From Lachnospiraceae bacterium (GTDB lineage Bacteria; Bacillota; Clostridia; Lachnospirales; Lachnospiraceae): DNA of 64,000 nucleotides. The DNA is taken from assembly GCA_963643215.1 (NCBI GenBank), contig CAVIJY010000002.1, positions 1,073-65,072 of the forward strand, in the 5' to 3' direction. The notes beneath the pieces are model-generated. The model saw only the letters and a program-made list of their open reading frames with translations. It was not told the DNA's origin and did not search any database. This document shows positions 29,601 to 36,521 of the stretch, in pieces. The first letter of the stretch is position 1. Each line of letters begins with the position of its first letter. Made by a program: the position numbers and the translations under genes.

Positions 29601-30400
29601 ATCCTGTCATCCTTGGATTCAGTCTGTTTTTTTGCGGACTCGTCCGCCTCAAGAGCCGCCAGCCGGGCCTGAGCCTGGGCAAGCTGTCTCTTCAGCCTCT
29701 CGGCCTCTGCCGCAGCATCCTCGCGGTTCTGCGCTCCTTCAGCAGACGCTCCCGCGTTAATCTGCGCCGCTGTACCTTTATCACTGTCCGGCTGCTCTGT
29801 TCGTACATTCTGTGCCGCCTGCGCCGCGGCCTGCGCTGTTTCTATGGCCACAGCCTTCTTCAGCTGGATGCTGACCATGATCAGGTGATATACCTGATAT
29901 ATGAAGAAGATCAGCATCGGCAGAACTATCACCACCAGAAATCCCGTCGAGCTTGACAGAAAGTCGAGCACCTTGCCGAGTCCCTTGACTCTTCCCGTGT
30001 ATTTTCCGACGATATCTCCGTCCGAGATGATATGAGTATCGCTTATCTGGTTGTTATCACCCTTTGTCACATAGGATCTGTATCCGCCGCTCTCGCTTAT
30101 CTCTACGATACGGTGAGTGTTCAGCGCGTACTGATTCAGAATGATGGTATGGAAGGTTATGATATCGCCCTCCTTCAATGTCGCGGGATCAACCTTTTTT
30201 ATGATGATCAGATCTCCCGCATCAAAGGTCGGGGACATTGATTCAGTCTGAACGGACAGCGGAGTATATCCGAACAGGTTGCTTACATTGTTCACGTCTC
30301 TGGTTGCAAGTGTGGTGAAGGTAAAAAGTGCCGCGAGCAGGATGACAGCCCATAACACAACGCTTGCAAGCACCGTCGCAACCTTCTTCAAGACTTCCAT
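29597..30400 (-). CDS. sipW: Signal peptidase I, SipW/archaeal type (copy 1) with C-terminal TM and ~90-aa charged tail
   Basis: Catalytic box VQTESMSP and second box HRIVE. A C-terminal TM is followed by the coiled tail AERLKRQLAQAQARLAALE. Confidence 0.85.
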   Translation of the reverse strand: MEVLKKVATVLASVVLWAVILLAALFTFTTLATRDVNNVSNLFGYTPLSVQTESMSPTFDAGDLIIIKKVDPATLKEGDIITFHTIILNQYALNTHRIVEISESGGYRSYVTKGDNNQISDTHIISDGDIVGKYTGRVKGLGKVLDFLSSSTGFLVVIVLPMLIFFIYQVYHLIMVSIQLKKAVAIETAQAAAQAAQNVRTEQPDSDKGTAAQINAGASAEGAQNREDAAAEAERLKRQLAQAQARLAALEADESAKKQTESKDDRI

Positions 30401-30425
30401 AATGATATTGTCCTTTCATGTTCAC

Positions 30426-31226
30426 TTATTCAAAGGGGATGTTGTTCTCATCAGTGCCTGTGAACTTCATGCGGATCGAAAACTGCTCCGTTTTAAGCTC
30501 ATTTGTGCATTCCTCGTCGCTTCCCTCAAGCCATATGCAGACATCTACGGGTTTGTCCTCCCCGGCGACGGCGGAAAACAAGGCATTTCTGTCATTATAA
30601 ACCATTTCGGTATCATTTGAAATGCCGAAAAATCGCACATTATCAAGGTTTTTGCTTTCATCCCCCATATCCGGATCATATACAAGGAATTTATCATCCA
30701 CTAAAAAGCCTATCCGCATGGCTTTGACCAGCGGCGCGCTGTCCGAGACTATAAGCGTAGCCTCCTCATCCCCGTCCTGCGCCGTAAGATGGACTATCAT
30801 ATCCCTGGATGCCATAAAATGAAGTCTGTATCGGATAAAGTCTCCGCTTTCCTCAGATGCGCTCTGTCCGAACTGATATGTGAATGTGATTCCGTCGTCC
30901 GTTGTGACGGGCTCAAGAGTCTTTGTCGTGATATCAACGCCTGTGTCCTGCAGTATCCTCTCGGCTATCTGATTGAAGCTCAGCGTCTGCACATATTCGT
31001 CGATCGTCTCGTGCGCATCAAGATCAAAACGCAGCGACTGCCCTGTCGTGATGTCAAGCCCTATGCCTCGCAGGCGCGTATTGTCGGCTATCGTAAACCA
31101 CGCCGCCGTGGCTGCCGTGATACTGACAAGAGCAATCAGGGCGATCAGAATCGTAGTTCTGACCGTCGATCTTCTGCTCATATTCAGTCTGTCAGTTCCC
31201 CGCTGCATATTCCTCGTCCCCTGCAT
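30426..31226 (-). CDS. TasA/camelysin-like secreted protein with SipW-type signal (putative fibre subunit)
   Basis: Signal ...ITAATAAWFTIAD. The C-terminus is IWLEGSDEECTNE...FSIRMKFTG. Confidence 0.65.
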   Translation of the reverse strand: MQGTRNMQRGTDRLNMSRRSTVRTTILIALIALVSITAATAAWFTIADNTRLRGIGLDITTGQSLRFDLDAHETIDEYVQTLSFNQIAERILQDTGVDITTKTLEPVTTDDGITFTYQFGQSASEESGDFIRYRLHFMASRDMIVHLTAQDGDEEATLIVSDSAPLVKAMRIGFLVDDKFLVYDPDMGDESKNLDNVRFFGISNDTEMVYNDRNALFSAVAGEDKPVDVCIWLEGSDEECTNELKTEQFSIRMKFTGTDENNIPFE

Positions 31227-31262
31227 CGCCCTTCTGTATCAAAAGCTCACATCCATGCGCTG

Positions 31263-31366
31263 TGTCGGCGGCTCTCGCGCTTGCGCTATGTCGTCGGCTC
31301 TCACCCTTGCTCCATGTCGTCGGCTCTCACCCTTGCGCTGTGTCGTCGGCTCTCGCCCGACTCCCG
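31263..31366 (-). repeat. Intergenic tandem repeat, 4 x 26 nt
   Basis: Units start at 31263, 31289, 31315 and 31341 (TGTCGTCGGCTCTCACCCTTGCGCTG on the plus strand). They lie between two TasA-like genes. Confidence 0.9.
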
Positions 31367-31382
31367 CATCAGCCGCTCCGCC

Positions 31383-32273
31383 TCATTCCTGTGTCAGCGC
31401 CGCATAGAATCCGAGCTTCATGGTGACCTCACTTGCTATGATTGATTCTACACAGTCCGGATCACAGCCCTCCAGATAAAAATATATATCCACAAGAACC
31501 GGCGTATTCAGCTCGATGACAGCCAGTGAGCTTTCGGGATATTCAGTCGAATCCGCCGTCATGGTCACTGTGGATATCGCAACAGCCGGATCGTCTACAG
31601 CATTTACGCTGCTTCCGTTCACCTCCAGAACCTGTCCCTCGCTCGCCAGTGTGCTCCCTATGTATGTATTGCTGCGTCTGTCCGAGGTCTCCTGCGCATC
31701 ATCAAAATATAGAATCACCGCGCTTGAGGAATCCTCCGAGAAGACAAATCCCAGCCTTGACGCCGCCAGTATGCCGCTTGAGTTTTCGTCTGTTCCTATG
31801 CTGTCCGTACCTGAGCCCTCATCAAGATATATGGCTGCTTTCATTCCCTCAAACCGATCAGTTCTGTCTGTGCGCACCTCCATATATATCTGGCCGTGAT
31901 AGCAATATGTGCCGTTCTCGTCGATATCTACCTCTTCGTATACGCCGTATCCGTCATTACTGTCCTCGGATATGGATACCGCGTGAGCCCAGCTTTGCAG
32001 ATCGGAGGTGGATACCGGAAGCAGCATATCATCCTCAGAGGAATTGACCCGGCTTATCTCCGCTTCGTCATTCCGGCTCAGATCACCTTCACTTGTTCCG
32101 AGAAGCAGCTCCAGACCGTCCTCCCCGGTGCGACCCGAGGCGTAGCTCGTATAGACCCTCTGGTTTCCCGTAAACCACGCATATGTGGCGCTTCCCAGAG
32201 AAAAGGCAAGGATCATGATCCACGCAAACGATATAAGCAGCGTCTTCTGCATAGAGCCCATATCCATCCTCAT
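31383..32273 (-). CDS. TasA/camelysin-like secreted protein with SipW-type signal
   Basis: Signal ...LGSATYAWFTGN. The C-terminus is YFYLEGCDPDCVES...VTMKLGFYA. Confidence 0.65.
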   Translation of the reverse strand: MRMDMGSMQKTLLISFAWIMILAFSLGSATYAWFTGNQRVYTSYASGRTGEDGLELLLGTSEGDLSRNDEAEISRVNSSEDDMLLPVSTSDLQSWAHAVSISEDSNDGYGVYEEVDIDENGTYCYHGQIYMEVRTDRTDRFEGMKAAIYLDEGSGTDSIGTDENSSGILAASRLGFVFSEDSSSAVILYFDDAQETSDRRSNTYIGSTLASEGQVLEVNGSSVNAVDDPAVAISTVTMTADSTEYPESSLAVIELNTPVLVDIYFYLEGCDPDCVESIIASEVTMKLGFYAALTQE

Positions 32274-32286
32274 GCCTCATCCTCCG

Positions 32287-33153
32287 TCAATCCGAATCAA
32301 CGCCTATACCGGCAAATCCCATATTGAATCTCACATCCCCGCCCTGAACATCATTGACACAGCCGTCATCGCAGCCCTCAAGATAAAGATAATATTCCAC
32401 GGTTATGACCGTATTGGCCGGAATCAGTGCCAGCGCGCGGCTTCCCGCGGTAAAGTCGTTCTGGCCTGCCGAATATGCCATATATCCGGCGATATCCTCT
32501 GCGGGATCGGCGACAAATGCAGGATATCCGCCCGCATCGACTCCGTCAATAACGACATTTTCCTTTTCTACGGTGAGTGATGCCTCCGGAGTGGAGCCTG
32601 TCCTGTCCATGTCCAGCTGATCGAGCGCGAGTATCACACGTGCCAGCTCGTCTCCTGTGGACTCATTGCGCAATACCAGTCCGAGACGCGCCGCCTGCTC
32701 GGCGCCGTTGCCCATGGTAAAGAGCATGTCGGCTCTGTTCAGATATACATTGCAATCCTGATTTTCCGCCAGCAGATAGACATTTCCGTGAAATATCATG
32801 GCATCAAGCGTCGACTGAACGGTGATCTCCCGAAATCCGGTGGATATGCCGTTCCTGTCCTGAGCGATTGACTCATACCAGCGCTCGAGTGTGGATGTCG
32901 ATACCGGGTACAGGCTCTCGGACTCATTGTTCTGATATGAGAGCGCACACTCTGTGCCGAAGGAGCCGCTGTAGGAATCCGAAATCTTCAGATCCACGCC
33001 GCCCCGCCCTACGGAGCCCGCCATAGGCGTGATATTGGTATCAACGCCGAATGTAAACCACGCAAAAGCAGCTCCTCCCAGCGCCAGAAGCGCCAAAAGA
33101 AGCCATACCAGAGATGCAAGCAGTGTGGTTTTCCTCAGCGAATTTTTATCCAT
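32287..33153 (-). CDS. TasA/camelysin-like secreted protein with SipW-type signal
   Basis: Signal ...LGGAAFAWFTFG. The C-terminus YLYLEGCDDGCVNDVQGGDVRFNMGFAG resembles camelysin FLDNGKDQNKFQGDSIKLDFTFDAT. Confidence 0.7.
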   Translation of the reverse strand: MDKNSLRKTTLLASLVWLLLALLALGGAAFAWFTFGVDTNITPMAGSVGRGGVDLKISDSYSGSFGTECALSYQNNESESLYPVSTSTLERWYESIAQDRNGISTGFREITVQSTLDAMIFHGNVYLLAENQDCNVYLNRADMLFTMGNGAEQAARLGLVLRNESTGDELARVILALDQLDMDRTGSTPEASLTVEKENVVIDGVDAGGYPAFVADPAEDIAGYMAYSAGQNDFTAGSRALALIPANTVITVEYYLYLEGCDDGCVNDVQGGDVRFNMGFAGIGVDSD

Positions 33154-33159
33154 TTACTG

Positions 33160-34074
33160 TCACGAGCCCTGATATCCCGCAAATGATATCGAAAGATTAT
33201 CAAAGATCTCGCCCTCTATATCCGAATAGCAGTCAGGATCGCATCCCTCCAGCCATACATAGACATCTATCTTCACCGGATCTCCGTATGATGCACCGGT
33301 GTCGCCTGATGCTCCTTTGCCGCTTACAGTACAGATCTGAACGGAATCGCTCTTCAGCGTCACCTTACCGGTTTCTGTGTCATAGCTGCACATGTTGTCG
33401 CTGTCATAGGTCTCTACAGGAACCACTGACCCGTCTGTCTTTTCATGATCCAGCACCAGATTCAGGTACGAGCCGTCTGCACTGTATCCTTCTTTTGTAT
33501 TGTATTGTCCGGACGCTCCCGGCGTCGAATCAAGTTCAAAGAAGAACTGCTTTCCGTTCTCGACAACCAGCCCGATGCGAAGAGCCTTGGCCAGCTTCTC
33601 TCCGGTGCCTGACTCGCCTATCTGAGATACATATATCGGCAGATCTCCGTCGTATGATGTACGAAGGAAAAGCTGCGTATGATAGAAATCAGCGGTATCA
33701 GCGCGTCCGAATACCGATGCCAGCATGTAGTTTCTTTCTGCATCTCCTGCCGTAAATTTCTGAGCTGACTGGAATCCTCCGTCCTGCGCCGATGTGTCGA
33801 TATAGTCGGTCGACACAGGCGTCAGTATCACCGTTTTATCATCATTGCCGACCTTCAGACTTGTCGATGTGCCGTAATCACCGTCCTTCGCATTGGAGAT
33901 CTGCAGCGAGACCGAGGATCCGGCCGTCATCTTCACATCTATAGTATTGCCGCTTGTATGATATATATACCAGGCAAATGTAGTCACGGTAGCGGTCATC
34001 AGCGCAAGAAGCATGAATACGGCGGCCCCCAGCAGCTGCCTTCTCAGCACTGTGCTGTGTTCATTTCGTTCCAT
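33160..34074 (-). CDS. TasA/camelysin-like secreted protein with SipW-type signal
   Basis: The start was trimmed to MERNEHS at 34074. Signal ...ATVTTFAWYIYH. The C-terminus is YVWLEGCDPDCYSDIEGEIFDNLSISFAG. Confidence 0.65.
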   Translation of the reverse strand: MERNEHSTVLRRQLLGAAVFMLLALMTATVTTFAWYIYHTSGNTIDVKMTAGSSVSLQISNAKDGDYGTSTSLKVGNDDKTVILTPVSTDYIDTSAQDGGFQSAQKFTAGDAERNYMLASVFGRADTADFYHTQLFLRTSYDGDLPIYVSQIGESGTGEKLAKALRIGLVVENGKQFFFELDSTPGASGQYNTKEGYSADGSYLNLVLDHEKTDGSVVPVETYDSDNMCSYDTETGKVTLKSDSVQICTVSGKGASGDTGASYGDPVKIDVYVWLEGCDPDCYSDIEGEIFDNLSISFAGYQGS

Positions 34075-34078
34075 GATA

Positions 34079-36118
34079 TCATTCCTCTGATTTACGGTTT
34101 GACGGACTGGCAAGCTGAGGCCTTGAATCCGTCTCTGACGATGTATCCGAGTTCTTATCACTGTCTTTTTTATCTGTTCCGTCCGTGGTTTTATCCGCGG
34201 GCTTAGTGCTGACATCGGCCTTCGGATCCGTGATTCCGTCTATCGTGAGATCGTTTATAAAATCCGTCTCGACATCTATGATACGGTTTACAATCATATC
34301 AGCCTGTGCATCATCGGCGAGTATCAGCGATGCATACTCCTGCCCCTCCTCGCCTGCGACTATATCGCTGTATATGATGTCTATTCTTTCTATCCTCGTA
34401 TCCTCATCAGCAGACATAAGCAGGATATAAGCGGCTATATCATCCTCTGTATATCCGTCTGCCAGCTTGCTGAGTCTGCCTCTCTCATCATATACCGCGC
34501 ATACCGTCATATCCTCGGCAACTGCGCAATACGAGGCCTTCCTCAGGAATCTCTGCGACAGCACTATGCCGACGGACACCGGTTCGTCAGAGGCTGCCGT
34601 CTCAGCCGCTGTTGTTTTCTCAGCTGCGGTTGTCTCCTCAGCTGCACTTGTCTCCGCAGACGCGGTTGTCTCTGCAGCTGCGGTTGTCTCTTCGGCTGCG
34701 GATGTTTCCTCAGCTACGGTTGTTTCCGCAGATACAGTTGTTTCTGCAGCTGTGGTTGTCTTCTCGGCTGCGCTTGTCTCCGCAGGCTTTGTCTCGGGTG
34801 TCTTTGTTATGATTCCGTCTGCGACATCATCGGCCTCAAACTCAAGACCGCTGCCGTCGCCCTTTGCAAATCTTATTCCGGCATCCTCCGGCAGCTCAAG
34901 CACCAGCTCTCCGGCTATCATATCGTCATCAAGCTTTGCCACCTTGAGACCCACAGTACCGTCCGCCATGGCACTCTCGAACACATTTCCGAGATACTCC
35001 TCCGCTGCTCCGAGCGTATCAGGCATGCCGGATATATATTTTGCCGATCCGTATATGTTTATCTGTGCATCATAGTATACGGGAGCGGCGCTCTGTCTGT
35101 ATTCCCTGATCTCCTCCGGGTCTATAAAAAGATAGCTGTCAAGATAGAGCATGGAGGCTCCTTCTGTGATATCTATGGCAGCATCCTCTCCGTCTGCACC
35201 ATCCTCGGCCATCTCGCAGGCTCTCTTAAAATCGGCCGTCCACACCGCCGCTGTCTCTGCATCTATTCCGTCTGTAATCTCGAGATCATAGCCGTCATTA
35301 CAGTATATAATCTCAGTATCGGAGGCTCCGGCCAGCTTCACCACCGCCGCGCCGTCATCGCATTCGTATTCTGCCAGCCATACATCATCTTCCGGCTCAT
35401 CATAAAAAGCAGCAGCAGGCTCCGTATATTCCAGCTCTGTCTCCATGCCGCGAACCGCAGCATAGCAGCCGTCATTGACGCTTACCATCACACTGTTTAT
35501 GCTCATATCTGTCTGGTCAAACCTGAGTATATAGTTTCTGCCGACCTCATCGATATAATAGCTGCAGGCCTCCAGTTTCTCTTCATCCAGATCTATGATA
35601 TATATGAGTTCTCCGTCATTTGCCACGACGGCTCTTTTCAGCTGATCAAGGCTTATCTCCCCGTCAGCTGCCGTCAGTGCAAGCGTATGCCCCTGCTCCT
35701 CGTATTCAGAGTCAAACGATATCCTGAGCTCTATATCCGGCTCTGACTTGCAGAAATATGTATTGATCGCTATGATCGTCTCCCGCTGCGCAGGGTTGAG
35801 CGTAAAGTCATGAAGATAGCTTTCTGTCCTGATTTTCTCGTCTTGAGCCTCGTATATCAGTCTGGCCGCATTCGACTTAAAGACATAGTTAAGAAGCAGC
35901 CTGTCGGCATCACCGTATTCTTCCTCTATCTGCCGTCCGAAGGCATCGAGAATCTCCTCGTTTACCGAGAAAAATGCCTTTCTCTCATCGCTTTCCTCTG
36001 ATGCCCATGTTCCCGGCGCAGCAGCACATATCATAAAAGCAGCAGCAAGAAGCATCGCAAGGCATCTCCTTGCGATGCGTCCGCATCTTATATATCTGTC
36101 TATGACAGATCGAAGCAT
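34079..36118 (-). CDS. Secreted acidic protein of unknown function with a conventional Sec signal; first gene of the R1 unit
   Basis: Signal ...AAAPGTWA/SEES. It is very D/E-rich, has an ETTAAE low-complexity segment and a K/D/S-rich tail. I recognise no family. Confidence 0.5.
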   Translation of the reverse strand: MLRSVIDRYIRCGRIARRCLAMLLAAAFMICAAAPGTWASEESDERKAFFSVNEEILDAFGRQIEEEYGDADRLLLNYVFKSNAARLIYEAQDEKIRTESYLHDFTLNPAQRETIIAINTYFCKSEPDIELRISFDSEYEEQGHTLALTAADGEISLDQLKRAVVANDGELIYIIDLDEEKLEACSYYIDEVGRNYILRFDQTDMSINSVMVSVNDGCYAAVRGMETELEYTEPAAAFYDEPEDDVWLAEYECDDGAAVVKLAGASDTEIIYCNDGYDLEITDGIDAETAAVWTADFKRACEMAEDGADGEDAAIDITEGASMLYLDSYLFIDPEEIREYRQSAAPVYYDAQINIYGSAKYISGMPDTLGAAEEYLGNVFESAMADGTVGLKVAKLDDDMIAGELVLELPEDAGIRFAKGDGSGLEFEADDVADGIITKTPETKPAETSAAEKTTTAAETTVSAETTVAEETSAAEETTAAAETTASAETSAAEETTAAEKTTAAETAASDEPVSVGIVLSQRFLRKASYCAVAEDMTVCAVYDERGRLSKLADGYTEDDIAAYILLMSADEDTRIERIDIIYSDIVAGEEGQEYASLILADDAQADMIVNRIIDVETDFINDLTIDGITDPKADVSTKPADKTTDGTDKKDSDKNSDTSSETDSRPQLASPSNRKSEE

Positions 36119-36160
36119 CTCCTATTTCCTTCCTGTCTGTATATCAGTATAACTCGCTCT

Positions 36161-36364
36161 GACTTTGGCTCATTGCTTCGCGTAACTGCGGAAAACTCGC
36201 CTTGCGGTTTTCCTCGTTATCGCGGCATTCACCAAGGTCCCGTGCAAGCACGTGACCGTCAAGAATCTCTCCCTTTGCCGTGGATATGCTTCGCGCATCC
36301 ACGGCTGCGTGAGCGCTTCTTGACTTCCCCGTATACGGGGACTTTGGCTCATTGCTTCGCGTAA
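36161..36364 (-). repeat. Intergenic repeat, family 2, copy b (two 25-nt direct repeats flanking a 154-nt core)
   Basis: GACTTTGGCTCATTGCTTCGCGTAA occurs at 36161-36185 and 36340-36364. The core shares CCGCGATAACGAGGAAAAC..GTTTTCC with copies a and c and has extra hairpins. Confidence 0.8.
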
Positions 36365-36475
36365 AAAAACCAGCTCACATGTAAATCTCTGTGACCTGGC
36401 AACTGGCTGGCTGCAATGCCGCAGCCCCTATAGCTTTGCGTCATCGGATCGCTCCGATTTTGCCTTCTTTTCAAT
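36363..36475 (-). promoter_or_regulatory. c-di-GMP-I (GEMM-I) riboswitch R1 with terminator
   Basis: Minus strand reads AGAAGGCAAAATCGGA-GCGA-TCCGATGACGCAAAGCTATAGGGGCTGC..GCAGCCAGCCAGTTGCC. A CCAGGTCACA..TGTGAGCTGG hairpin and T7 follow. Confidence 0.85.
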
Positions 36476-36482
36476 CGATACC

Positions 36483-36511
36483 ATGATACCATCCATTTCA
36501 GCGTAAATCAA
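36483..36511 (-). promoter_or_regulatory. Sigma-A-type promoter for R1 (TTGATT-17-TATCAT)
   Basis: -35 at 36511-36506 and -10 at 36488-36483, about 8 nt upstream of the aptamer. Confidence 0.6.
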
Positions 36512-36521
36512 GACTTCAATC

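Noticed and set aside
31263-31366. CRISPR-like array: the 26-nt tandem repeats, and also the CTTATTC heptamer x3 at 53443-53463 with a fourth copy at 53429.
   Set aside because: The repeats are directly adjacent with no unique spacers, and no cas genes are present. These are simple tandem repeats.
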